Assembly: GCF_006345805.1 (NCBI RefSeq)
Contig: NW_021835988.1
Coordinates: 248,001-312,000, forward strand
Source of the DNA: Octopus sinensis
Lineage: Eukaryota
Length of the DNA: 64,000 nt
Direction of reading: 5' to 3'
A program made the position numbers and the translations under genes. Positions 9,241 to 22,069 of the stretch are shown in pieces. The notes beneath the pieces were generated by a model, which searched no databases, had not been told where the DNA came from, and worked only from the letters and a program-made list of their open reading frames with translations. Each line of letters starts with the position of its first letter. Position 1 is the stretch's first letter.

Positions 9241-12200
9241 ATGACATGCAAACATTTCTTGCAAGAATTAATCCTCGATTTCTTCAGCGATGACCAAAGC
9301 ACGCATTTCAAGGCGGGGACACGTCTATAAGAACTATTAAAATACAAAGACTGCACCACCTCAGAATCCGACGTTGAATCAATTATTAATGGACTTTTTT
9401 CTATAATTACGACCAGCTTCAGCCACTGCGGATACAACCCAGGGGTTACCATTGCTATATGTATTCCTTTTTTCACGAATTAGTGATCATCGTCGAGTTT
9501 GACAGTGATTTAGTCTTAGCCATGCAGTTGGCTCTTTATTTGAGATTTCTTCTTACAAACCTTCCAAGACCCGACCTCAGACATTTGAGCGAGGGCTTTG
9601 CACTGGTGGCCAACAGAGTGAGTAGAGAGATTTCCACTGATTGGTTGGAATTGGACCTGAACATATTTTTTGAATATCTCCATTTTGGAAATTCTGTCAA
9701 ACGACTTGGAGCAGTTTTTTTGTTTGTTTATTTGAGGTTATGTGTCTTGGAGAACTCGCCAAATTCAAGATTTTTGACTTTAATCCTTACTTTGACTTTA
9801 TTTTTGAAATTCTTCTAAATGTCCTCGACGATGTTTGGCTTGTCTAACCATTTCAGGTCGGAATGAGAGAAGAAACCCTTTCGACCCTCACTCGCCTCAT
9901 TTCCCATTCTGTAACCACACCGGCTGCCTGTGAAATACCATTTAAAGTAATTTTTCGATTTATCAGAATTTGATAATTTTAATTTTTTGCGGTTTGAACA
10001 CCTCCAATCCAAATAAAAACTCAAAATGGTACAGTTCTCTACTCGGACTGAAAGCCCTGGTGACTGTGCTCTTGCCTTTTTTTGTTTGTGCTGACTTGGG
10101 GTCTTTAGGTCGACTTTAATGAGGTCAGTGAACGTGTTGAGAACCCTCGGACTCACGACTATTTTTTTCACATGGTTTTTGAGGTGTTTGTGAACATTCA
10201 GAAACACAAGTCTTCTGTGTTTGATGAGCAAGATGAGTTCTACCAGTTTTTCCAACAGGAAAAATATTTGAACGATTTTATGAGCAGACTGATCCCTCAT
10301 ATTTCACATATTTCACAGCCAGTCTTATTTACCAATTTTTCCACTTTTTGTCTGCTATTCCAATCATGACGGACAATCCCACTTCGCTTCTCAACGTTTG
10401 CTGTCCCGGGCCATGTTTAGAGCATTTTCCTAAAAATATCAACGGCTAAACTGAAAAGGCACACGTCATATGCAGTGATGATGTATTTACTTGTCGTCAG
10501 AATCGCCATGGTTCGGAGAATTGCCCATTTTTAGATGGTCCCTTCATCAGTCAGAGAACTAATGGACGCATTGAGTGTGACTGCATTATATCTGATGGAA
10601 CGTGCTGGAGAAGAACAGAAAATAGTAAAAAATGCTGTCTAATCTGTAAGATTTTGGTAAAATCCTTGAAATCAATGATTGTTTCGACGTGTTACATTCC
10701 CAAATCAATTCATTTAGAGTTTTGTACTAAAATGTTGGCCTTTCTGAGGACTGCAAACTCTAGTGTTTTGGAAATTGAGGTTTGTGTGTGTCATACATGG
10801 TAGATAACTCAACTACTGGGAATGGTCGGAATTATGTCTTTGGATAAAATGGAGTTTTATTGTGAACGAAAGAAATGTGAGGACTCTCCTTTATCGAACC
10901 TCAGACCCCCGGAAGCAGTGAAAGATGCAAAAATAAACTGTCAGTTCATATCATAGTCAAACCTAGACAATCAGCAGTGACTTGTTGGTGGATAGGAATT
11001 TCAAGCATTCTGAGGACTATTTCAACGCAGTGTGTATCAAGATGGTCATGACGTTGATCAACTCGGGCAAATATTGCCGTATAGAATTTGAGGCCATGAT
11101 CGATGTGTTGGTCGCCACTGCCAGTGAGATGGGACTCAAAGTAGTTAAGAATCTCCCAGAAATACTGCCCGTCCTCTTCAAAGTGATGGATTCCGCTGAT
11201 GACATCATCATTAGGGTGTAATTTTATTTGTTAGGTGTAGTTATGTATGAAATATTTGTCCTGTCTTCTGGATATTTGTAAATTGCACATGAGGTCGTAC
11301 ATTTCGTTGATCATGAAGATTCTTATGGTTGTGAGGTTATCTGATTTGTAGGAACAGTGCAGTGTTAATATGAGGAGGCTCATGGCAGTCTTGGTCGTGG
11401 CTGAGAGAGTGGCCTCAGTGATTACCCACGAGTTCAGGAAATATGGGGAAATTATACAAATAATCGTCAAAAAAGTGCTTCAGAATTACATTTTAATTCC
11501 TGGTGTTCTTCTTCAGGTTAGTGGCATATTGCACTGCAGACTATGAAATTCCTTCAAAAAGTGACGATTGATATTTCCCAAACGAGCACTGTCAACGATA
11601 TTTTCACGGTCCTGACCTTGAAAACATTTCCGAGGAGACAATTATGTTGGTCATCGGTAGTGAAAAATGGTGAGGGATTAAAGGCAATTGCCCTGATTTT
11701 GTACAAATCGGATTTCCTGGAGTATGGTGAGTGATTGGTCAGAGTGATGACTACAAAGTATTTCAGCAGCACATCCTCGGCTGTGGTGGATTCCTCGGTC
11801 TTGGTAGTAAGAATGATTGCTCACATCATGGGCCAACGCTTCCATTCGGTCTTTTCAAACCTTAAAAGGTTTTTGGTGGAAAAAAAGATTTCCTTCCATC
11901 AAATCACAGCCATTCAGAACGCATCCCGCGGAATTGTTAGGTTATGTAATTTATTATGTAACAAGGACCTTGAATTTATCTCATCTTTGATTAGAGGCTC
12001 TTCTACTTGTTGGGTGAGACCGATCACGAAATACGAAAATTCGGGATTGTTTTTGGTTATAGAATATTCTATTATGTTTAGTTGACTAAGCCAGATATTC
12101 TCCACAAATACAAGGATGTAGATAATTGGATGAATCGCCTTTCCAATGAAGCAATAATAACGTGCAATGTGTCAGCCATTAACCAGTGCTATCAACTGGC

Positions 12201-15200
12201 CATAAAAATATCCGGCAATTTCAAGGTTTTTACTTTATTCAAGAGGATTGCAGTGATTTGTTTTTTTGTGCGTTTGTATGTTTATTCCCTGATATAAACA
12301 GCGACGAGATGATTCAGGTTATGCAACTCTTTTCGACCGCATTTGAATTATCCAACAATACTCAAGTCAATCTCTACATTTTGAGTTTGGTGGAATATTT
12401 AGAAAAGTTTTTTGCGGTATCAGTGTTGAGGACTTATAGACAGACCAGAGTGCCCATAAATACTTGTCTTCTGCGCAAAGTAGCCTACAACTGTCAAGAC
12501 TTGACAAAGTCCCTTTATTACGCAGAATTGGAGTTCCACGAAGAGCACGAGGAGGGCACTTCAGAATCTCTTTGCAGTTTGTACAGCATTCTGGATGTGC
12601 CATCATCCGTGTGGGGAGTTGTGTCCGGAATGACCCAGCATTTGAATGATGCGAACAAGCTACATGGAGAGTGGCATGAGAAGATTGGAGATTGGGAGTC
12701 TGCTTTGTATGAATACAAAAAGAATAAATGTGTGAGTGATTGTCTTCGATGTTTTGCCAACCTTGGGCGATGGAAAGAATTAAAGGAGGAATTGTTGCCA
12801 TACCTTGACTCCATATCACTCGACGACAAAATGGCATGCTCACTTTCAGTATGGGAGACAGACAACAGGCCCTTGTTTTCTGACTGTTCTAAATTTATTT
12901 CTTCCCATTCGGCAGAAGGCTCATTGTACCACGCAGTGGATTCAATTGTGAGAGGTGACTACGACTCTTCTCTTTACGTAGTGTTGCTACCACATTTTAG
13001 TATCTTGATGTCCACGACAGGTTTCTAACAGATTCGCTAAAGTCTTCTTCTCTGGAGGATGTGTTCAATATTCATAAGGTGGCTGAATGATGTAGTATTT
13101 TAGACAAGTTTTGGAATACATTTGTCAACTGAGTTGAGAGAGGCAGTTGGGGTGTTGAGAAATGAGCTAAACAAGTCCTCGGTTTTGTCACTGTGGACAC
13201 AGAGACTGCGGGTTACTAATAAATGTTTCAGTGACAGCTTGTTAGTATAAATTGTGAGTCACTACGATTCCATCACAGAAATGACCCCGCGATTGGAATT
13301 CACTCACGAATGTCTTAATTCGTCCAAATTACTTTTGACTGAACGGTACCTCAGAAAGCTCTTTGGATCTGAGGGCACTTCAACAATTGTGTGTGACCCT
13401 GAGTTGAATTATTTCTATGCCGTTCACCTCTGTCAAAAAAACTCAAAGGTAAGCTCATTTCTTTTTCTTTCCAGACATTGGTTCACAAATATCTGCTCTC
13501 GTTTATTGAGAATAATAACTTTCCCCACACCCTGTCCTTTAATCATGCAAAAAGTCAAAAATTCGACAGTTTTGCCAAGTAGAGTGTGTGTGGCATATTT
13601 TAGACTTACAAATTATTTTGTGGTACTTCATGAAGAGATTAATGGAAATAATATTCTTACTTCGAAAAGACTTCTTTCTATTGTCCAGAACGTTGTGAAC
13701 GACCTTCATTTTAAACATATTTATTCTCTGGAGGTCTACGAGGTTGATTGGTGTGTTTTATCTTCAGTTGTGGCACAACTTTGCCCGACTGAACTACGAA
13801 ATTGTGAATTACTGTCACAATTTTGGTGTCTCTCCCCACTTGACAGATGATTCTGATTCGAACCAAGTTTTCTAGCATTGGGTGTACTTATATAAAGGAA
13901 AAGGAAGTTATAGATTGTTGCATCAATGCTTTGGAAGGATTCATGAAGACTATTGTGTTCTCTGAGACAAGCGGTTTGGCACTGCAGCACATTTTGAGGT
14001 GAGTTGGTGGTTCTGAGAGATTGCAGGTTCACGATGCTTTGGCTCCGATTTGCATCATTTCCCGTAATCCACAATTGCATGACTCGGGCTCTCCAAGTGA
14101 TCCACATTGACAATTGGCTGCTTGTCTTGCATCAACTGATTGCAATGATTGATAGTGACATTGTCCCAGTGAAGGAGACAATTCAGTATTTATTAAATTT
14201 GATTGGACTGGCACACCCTCAAGCATTGTTTTATCCTCTCCTTGTTTATTACAATTCTGGGAATAGTTCAAAAGTGAAGGCAGCTTCAGATATTCTCAGG
14301 TCAATCCATCTGAAAGATTCGAAAGTGAAGGATGACTTTATTATGGTTAATGTATTTGTTAGACAGTTGTAGGTCGTGGATGAACTAATTCGAGTTGGTC
14401 TGACTTGGGAAAAGTTGTGGTATGAAGGTTTGGACGAGGCATTTTCTCTACTCAGAAAAGGACATAAAAGGAATGTTTTCCATATTGAATGAGTTTTACG
14501 TCATGATTGAAAGGAAGCCTGTCACTTCTTGGGAAGTCGAGTTCACTAACCTATATTCCTCCCGCCTCACCGAAGCCCGTCGACTTCTCGAAATATACAA
14601 TTGCCTAAAAAGATTAAAGAATTGGAGTCTCTCCGGCTTCATTCTGTGTCCCCGAGGTTGTTTGAAGCCCGCAAACTCGCGGGGTGGTTCCCGGGACGTA
14701 TGTTCCTGGGGGAGAGTTGATTACCATTGACCGTTTTTATGATCAAGTCGTGATACTTCCAACCAAAAGGAAACCGAGGAGAATTTCCTTGATTGGTGAG
14801 TATGACTTGTGCATTGTAGGGTCTGATGGCAATAAATATGAGTTCTTGTTGAAAGGGCATGAGGATTTGCGACAGGACGAGCGTGTCTCCCAGTTCTTGT
14901 CGGTAGTCAACGAAATCCTTCGTCGTAGGGAAGATGGGAAGAGGAAAATAGAGTATTCGTTGTTCTAGAATTTAAGAATAACTAAGTTTGCTGTCATTCC
15001 CTTGTCATTCAATTCGGGACTTATCCAGATTGTTCCTCAAACCGACACTTTGCAGTCATTGATAAAAGAATATCGCCCGAAACAGAAAATACTGCCCAAC
15101 ATTGAGAATAAATTACTTGAAATGGTTATTTGGAATTATTAAGTAATAGTTTTCAAATAGTCGATTTGATAACTTTACGGCGTTGCAGAGAATGGAAATA

Positions 15201-15700
15201 TTTGAGAAGGCGATGGAGGCCACTAACGGATCTGACCTGGCCAACATTCTGTGGCTCAAGTCCAACAACTGCGATGTTGCTTCGAGTTTCCATTTTAGAC
15301 GTGGTTTTTTTGGGGGCAGAATTTTATCGAGTCGTTTGCCTTCATGTCGATTGTTGGCTATGTTCTCGGTCTCGGTGACAGGTCAGAGGAGTGCTGAGTA
15401 GTTCAGACACCCCCTCAATATAATGTTGAATAGAATGACTGGCAAGGTGGTCCACATTGACTTTGGGGATTGTTTTGAGGTGGCAATGATGCGAGAAAAG
15501 TTTCCCGAGTCAGTCCCCTTCCGTTTGACTCGAATGTGTGTCAAGGCTATGGATGTACGATTATATTCTGACAATTCCAGGCTGGGGGGGGGGGGTGAAG
15601 GGTTACTTTTATGAGAGATGTGTGTATATGATGCGTATTATGAGGGAGTCGAGGGAGACTTTGATGGCAGTCCTCGAATCGTTCATATACAATCCATTGA
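9241..15700 (+). pseudogene. TOR: TOR (PIKK) kinase, multi-intron, disrupted
   Basis: Collinear HEAT, FAT, FRB and kinase segments ([45 protein letters not shown]) separated by more than 20 introns of about 20-30 nt. Lesions: in-frame TAA at 9328 and 13248, TGA at 11732 (ambiguous), frameshift near 14445, frameshifting deletion near 14597, G12 tract at 15584-15595. No FATC domain found. Confidence 0.85.
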
Positions 15701-15750
15701 TTTCAAATCGATAGCAAGTTTCAAATCGATAGCAAGTTTCAAATCGATAG
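15701..15750 (+). repeat. 18-bp unit x2.8 at the TOR/retrotransposon junction
   Basis: TTTCAAATCGATAGCAAG at 15701 and 15719, with a partial copy at 15737. Confidence 0.9.
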
Positions 15751-17148
15751 TATTTTGGTGTACTTGAAGATAGTGGAAGCAACGTTCTTAAGAATAGAGT
15801 TATGGACTCTATCTTTGAGAATGTTAAGAAGAGGATAGCTATGCTATCGAAAACGAAACTTAACTCTGTGAATCTGTTTCGTGCTATAAATGAATATGCA
15901 TTGTCACTATATAATTATTATATTGGGCTAATCAATATTGAACCTTCTGAATTTGATGATATTGACAGACAAATACGGCAATTGCTTACGTCGCTCAGAT
16001 TACAACCTGCAAATAAAGAGAGACTGTATTTAAACCAGAAGGCTCTTGGAAGAGGGCTTTCATCAGTTACTTTCAAAAGTGAACTAATGCTCTTTCAGTT
16101 CCTTACGAGTCTGGAAAATATGTCAACTATATGCTTACGGAGGGCCGGGATTCTGCGTGTAATTAAAATAAATAAATGGCATTTGGCTATGATCGCAGGA
16201 TTTCTATCCTCTAAATATGCAATTGTTGATAAGAAGACTATTACTATTGAGTCTCTAAAGTCCAGTCCGATACAATATTTACAAAAGAAAATTAGTTCTA
16301 AAGCACTACATTCTGTGCTCTTCAAATTTATGGATGAACCTAATGTTGATTTACCTGCATCCTCAGACTGGCTATCTAATGGAAATAATGGGCCACGAAG
16401 CGAAGCATTGTATTGTCTTTTGCAAGATCGAAACTTGTTCTTTGCATCCGCTGACTCATTATGCAATCATTGTAAGAAAAGCAAGAAAACTGTTGACCAC
16501 ATGGCTACTCAGTGTGGTAAAATGCTCAACAGTGATTATCTCCGGAGACACAACGAAGTTGTGAAGTGTATTCACCTTAACTTGTGCCGAATGTATGGAC
16601 TCAAAAAAGCAAGACGATTGAAGGGACATTCTGTTCAGTCAACACTGTTGACGGGAAAAATTGAAATCATGGTTGATACAACAATCCTCACCGAAACAAA
16701 AGTAGAATACAACAAGCCAGATATCTTTGTTCACGACAAAGTCAGAAACGAAATAAATCTAATTGAAGTGGGTATTACTTCACAGGATCGCCTCAAGCAA
16801 GTGGAGGTTGAAAAGTGTCACAAGTATGATCTACTGGCAAGCGAGCTTTTGCTTCTGTATAGCTGTCAAGTAAAAATAATTCCTGTGGTTATGACATGGG
16901 ATGGAGTTGCCTCGAAATGCTTCAAAAATTATATGAAGAAACTATCTATTGAAGCAGGAACGAGGACATACATCCAATCCGTTGTACTGAAAAGAACGCT
17001 CGAGAGTATGATGATCGAACACAAGCACGGAATGAAGGTATCTGCTTCCAACCGGTATGAGGAGATGGTATGCAAAAATGAAGACTACCACCCAATGAAT
17101 GCTAAAGAAGATGCAATGGTTAAATCAGATGTGGTAAATGGGGAGTAA
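15751..17148 (+). mobile_element. 5'-truncated R2/NeSL-like non-LTR retrotransposon (RT thumb, CCHC finger, restriction-like endonuclease)
   Basis: Open frame from YFGVLED through KLNSVNLFRAINEYA, CNHCKKSKKTVDHMATQC, RRHNEVV and the PD-(D/E)xK motif KPDIFVHD...LIEVGIT...EKCHKYD. Confidence 0.9.
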
Positions 17149-17953
17149 GAGGCAGCTGGAAGTAGGCTCTTCTTCCAAGAGAAGGAGAATAGATAGCAGC
17201 GAGCTGGAGTGAGATCTGCTTAGTTTCTGATTAACTATTAATTTATTATTGTTTCAATTCAAGGGTGTCAAAAACATTTATCTTATCTTTGATTTTAATT
17301 CTAATTCTTGATCGTTCATTTGAATTGTTTTTTTGTACAAACAAGAGATGATGGGTAACAGCCAGTGGTTTCTCTTCATTAGCGAGTGTTTTATTCTTTA
17401 GTCTATATTTAGAGATTGTAATTTGGCATTGTAATTTGCAATTTAAAATGATACTCCGACATCCTTCTTTTTTGTTTTGAATATAAATTTGGCATTCATG
17501 TCGAAACTATGTAATGCTTGACCTACAATTTAAGCCAAAAGACAACAGCTGCAAGGATTCGAGGAGAAGAAGGCGAGGTCTTTGGATGAGCCGAGTCCAA
17601 CTCTTCCGAACTGACTGGAAGTTTCCCCTGACTTCACTCTATTTCATCACATTCCATAATAAGAATTGTTATGTTTTTCTGTCTCAAAGCAAAAAATTGT
17701 TTTTGTTGACATTAGAGAAAGAATTGGGTTCTCCTCCGAGTTCTTTGGAAAGAACTCTTTCTTTATTCAAAAAACTGTCCATCGCCATAAAAATGAAAAG
17801 CGTGACACCATTTTATAACATAAAGATTTGTCTAATAACTTAAAAAATATTTAAATAATCGCATTTCTCTATATCTCGTATCGCAGTAAATATGCTAATT
17901 CCTTCGGCAAATCAACTGACTACCCCAGCTCTTCTCTAGCTCAGAATAAATAG

Positions 17954-18112
17954 AGATATTATGTCTCAAGTTGTTTGGTTATCCTTATTTCGATAGGATA
18001 TTTGTCTGTTCAGTCGAAGGAGGCACAGATCAAGAGGATGCTCAGACAGAACAAGGACCCCATTACTGGAATTTCCTCCATGTGGGACTACGACAAGTGT
18101 GATTGGAAGTGA
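17954..18112 (+). pseudogene. Cytochrome c oxidase subunit IV (COX4)-like C-terminal relic
   Basis: SKEAQIKRMLRQNKDPITGISSMWDYDKCDWK* matches the animal COX4 C-terminus (Q..RML...NPI.G.SSKWDYEKNEWKK). A probable 27-nt intron precedes it. There is an in-frame TAG at 17951 and no intact TM exon was found upstream. Confidence 0.65.
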
Positions 18113-18224
18113 TATTTACTAGCTGGGATTACTTATTTGTTTTTACTAAACAATTAGTGTTTCCTTTTTTTTTTCTTTATTATTTTGTTAAAATGAGTTT
18201 TCAAAATATGATAATTATGTATAT

Positions 18225-18690
18225 TTAATTAGCAGCAGAGGATAGGATGGAATGGCAATTCACACGCAAGATGGCTATTGATATGCGTTGGAAAAGCCAT
18301 GTCCGTTCCCGATGATCATTTCTTCTTCTGCTTGCCAAATCCCCCAGTTTAATAAGGAATTTTTTAGTTCTGGGGCCGAGGACTCCCGATGTCTCCACTG
18401 CGATCGGGGCAAAGATGTGGCGGTGAGATAATGCACTGTATTTCTTGATTTTTAGCGTTTCGGCCAGGTTGGCTGCGGAGCCCGGCTCTGAAGCCGACGA
18501 CAAGATGTTCCCGGCGGAGAAGGTATCCGTGCAAGTGGCGTCCCAGATGAAAGACTTGCTCGTCAATTGTAAGGGCAAAAAGAAATTGTTGACAAAGATC
18601 CTTTTCTGTAAACCTGCTACTAAAAAGACGATTTTGTCTTCAAAAAACAAGTTCGTTGAGCCGTAGAAAAAATGCCGGAATTTCCACATT
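18225..18690 (-). mobile_element. 3' fragment of CRE-like RLE retrotransposon (second subfamily)
   Basis: FIWDATCTDTFS...AANLAETLKIKKYSAL...IFAPIAVETSGVLG...WLFQRISIAILRVN. Confidence 0.85.
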
Positions 18691-19266
18691 CTTAGATACA
18701 AAATTGATGTCGTCAGCCCAAAATGACTATTTAAGTGATGCAATTCTTTTCTAACGTTCTTAAACGCGGCTTCAAAAGGATTGCAAGGAGAACTGCCGAA
18801 AGAGAGTCCTCTTAAGGAGTATTTATCCTGGTGGAAAATTTATCCGAATAGTGTCTTCTCATTTCCACTACGAGACTCGTATCAGCTAGCAGGAAACGCA
18901 CAATTCCCAAAGAGTCTTGTACTTCTGAAATATGGCCGTTAATTACCGATAACTCCATACTATACTATGTCAGCAGTTGATCATATTTATGGATAATAGT
19001 AAATTCTATTTAAAAATCACAATAGCACTTAAATAACAAAAAGGAAAAGGATTCTTCCGGTCATTGAAAAGCTGAAAGAAAACTAATGACAACCAGGAAA
19101 CCAGCATCTTGAGAGGTAACTCGTTTGCTATTTGCAGTGCGGCCACTGGAGAATCCTAACTTTCTAATATGTATTGACTCCCAAATAATTTACTGTCAAA
19201 AAAACAAAAACCGGTTAAACGTAAATAACAAAGGTAAGAATTTTAAGCAGTTTCAATAAATAAAAA

Positions 19267-19337
19267 TGCGCCTGCCGGGAATCGAACCCGGGTCGCTCGC
19301 ATGGCAAGCGAACATGATACCTCTACACCACAGGCGC
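19267..19337 (-). tRNA. tRNA-Gly (anticodon GCC)
   Basis: Reverse complement GCGCCTGTGGTGTAGAGGTATCATGTTCGCTTGCCATGCGAGCGACCCGGGTTCGATTCCCGGCAGGCGCA. Perfect 7-bp acceptor stem, GCC anticodon loop, TTCGATT T-loop, and a T5 Pol III terminator immediately downstream. Confidence 0.95.
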
Positions 19338-19676
19338 TGCTTCATAAACCGTAGTTGTTTGGCATTTTACGATCTGGATTATTTTAAATCATGCTCAGGT
19401 TTCCAAACTTTAAAGGATTATTCAATTTTAGTTTTGATGCAGTGGTTAAAAAATATTTTTGCAAAAATCAAGAATTTGAAAAAAGTCTTTATAAAATGTT
19501 TTTCTATTATTTAAATAATACTACTTTTTACAACTCTTGTAAATATTTAAATTTCACTTCGTCTTATTTACTACAAATATAACAATTTTAATTTATAGAC
19601 TATCATGGCGATCATAAAATTCTTTACATTTTTTTATTCGAATTATTTAATAAATTATACGTTCAATCTCATAAAA

Positions 19677-20397
19677 CCCCACTCGGGCGATTGGCTTGAC
19701 GCTTTGCCGATTTTCTCTGCTGGAATGTTGCTGGACGACGAATCTGTCCGCATCGGAATCTGTTTACGGCTTGGCATAGAGATTTGCCAGCCGCACCATT
19801 GCAGATGTGGACAACTCATTGACAGGAGAAGTTTACACCCTCTCTCTTGTCGCCTCAGTGCCGGCAGGATCCCCAGGCACGCCTCATTGAATGACGTTGT
19901 GAAGCGCGCGCTTAACGCCGCTGGATTCCCCTCGATGTTGGAACCGATAGGACTAGACCGTGGAGATGGAAAACGCCCTGACGGGTCGACCTTATTCCCG
20001 TTCAGGAAGGGAATGGCACTCGTGTGGGATGTTACCTGCGTGGACTCATTTTCTCCTTCATCGTTGGTCGACTCCGCTTCTCGTCCTGGATCTGCATCTG
20101 GCCTTGCCGAATCTAGGAAAACTGCTAAATATGCCTCTTTGACCGATACCTGCTGCTTCATTCCCCTGGCTTTCGAGACCAGTGGGATAATTGGACCCAA
20201 AGCCCTCAAACTCCCCTCAAAGATTGGTTCAATCATCTCGAGGAGGAGTCACGACAGTCGTGAAACGAGCTGGCTTTTTCAGCGGATATCGTTCGCGATA
20301 TTACGTGGAAATTGCCTGTCCATCCGCTCGGCGACTCATCTAGATTAGTTAACTTCTCTTCTCTAATTTTCTTGTTTCTTATTAAAAAAAAAAAAAA
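19677..20397 (+). mobile_element. 5'-truncated CRE-like RLE retrotransposon with poly(A) and ~12-bp TSD
   Basis: PHSGDWLDALP...CRCG...RHASLNDVVKR...DGKRPDG...WDVTC...FQRISFAILRGN, followed by poly(A). AATCTCATAAAA occurs at 19665-19676 and 20398-20409. Confidence 0.9.
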
Positions 20398-20699
20398 AAT
20401 CTCATAAAATGTAAAAAAGCATTTCATTTCGGAAAGTTATTGAAATCATTTGTAGACGAGAAAGATTCTTGAAGAACAAACTATAATAAATTGTTGAAGC
20501 AAAATAAATAAAAAAAAGAAATGATTTGGCCTTTTTTGAACATAAACTGAAATTTAGTTTCCACTTAAAATTGAAACAATCAGCTTTTATTGCTAAAGTC
20601 AAAGTTTTTTTGAAAAAGAAAACTCACAAAAGAAATGAGTTGGGCAACGCAAAACGGTGAGAATGATAAAATATTGTATTGTGAAATTAAAACCAGAAG

Positions 20700-21220
20700 G
20701 TTGGGAAAACTGGAGGCCGTACTGCTGATCTTTTTCTAGACAACGAAAAGATCTCATTCACAAAGAACACTAAAATTCTGGAAGTCACTTTTGACACCAA
20801 CATGTTTTTAACTGCCCATTTAGAAAAGTCCATCAGATCCAGTCAGAAAAAGATTGGACTAATCAAATCGATATTTGGCGGACTAAAGAAACCGTTTCCG
20901 GCTCTTGGCACTCTCTAAAAACAATTCATCGTACCAACAATTGGCTATGCCTTAGCCGCATGGGGTATTAATTTGTCATGGTCTAACCGCCTTAAAATTG
21001 AGACTACACTATGCCGAGCCGCCGCGGCTAGCATAACGAAAATTTCCAATTTGAACAACATTATTCCAAGTTCCCTTGGCCACCTAATTAAGAAAGATGG
21101 AAATGGCTTCTTAGTTATCCAGAAGGACCACACGTCAAAAGACCAAGACCTTAGCAACCAGAAGCACATCACCCCGATTCAATTTCTCACAAAAACTGCT
21201 CCCCACCCGACAAATTGAAT
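20700..21220 (+). mobile_element. Degenerate LINE fragment (post-RT region, Jockey/I-like)
   Basis: KILEVTFDTNM...HLEK...KKIGLIKSIFG...KQFIVPTIGYALAAW resembles the LINE RT thumb (LGV.FD..L.F..H....Y...I.P...Y...W). Confidence 0.6.
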
Positions 21221-22069
21221 AATGCAGATGACATTTGAAGTTTGTAATTGACTAATTGAATTATGCAGATTTCATTTGAAGTTTATAATTAACAAATTGA
21301 TTTGAAAATGGTATAGATGACCATCTAGCATCACTCCTTCATCCTCTGTTTCCAGATCATTTAGGGTTTTTTTCTTCATTTTCAATATTTTCTTTACAAG
21401 AATGGCTTGCTTTATTATAAGGCTACCGAATGAATTAATCTCTTCAATGATTTAAATCATATACTTGTGCCAGATTATAATAGTAGGTATTGTTTTCTTT
21501 AACACGAGTGTCTGTATGAAAGTCCAAGTTCCTTCTTCAATAGACAATTTTTCAAAGAAAGCGCGGCAAAAAAATCATGGAAAGCTTCCATATTTTGACT
21601 AGATTAATAATTCTCTTTTAAAATAATATTAAATGTCATCGCCTGACCCGCCATTTGCCAGACCACATTTCCAATTTCATAAATTTCCCCAAAAACCACA
21701 TTTTTTTAAATCCGAAGTTATTCAATGAAAATATACAATTTTGTTAAAATTACAGCTAATCAATCACTTCAAAGAAAACTAGCCATAAAAAAATACTCTA
21801 ATTATTTTGGTGTTGTGGATTATTCTCAGTTCACTGGCAGGAAGTTTTACTTATGGAGCTTTTCCACCTTAACTTGCTTCAGGTCTTTTTGAGAGGTGAT
21901 CCCAATTTAAGCATGATTTGTTTCTCATTTTATTGAGTACAATGTTGTTCTGACTTTTGTATCCTTTTATTAATTTTGTTTTCGAAAATAAAAAATATAT
22001 TTTTTATAAAATTATTTAAATTGTAATTGACTTTCTGTAGCTACTAATGTGCATGTTTAGCTGATAAAA

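Noticed and set aside
9241-15700. Alternative genetic code (stop-codon reassignment) as the explanation for in-frame stops in TOR
   Set aside because: The two TAAs align to different residues (Q and L in mTOR) and frameshifts co-occur. Intact genes here terminate with TGA (Vps45), TAA (NOG1) and TAG (carboxypeptidase) and have no internal stops.
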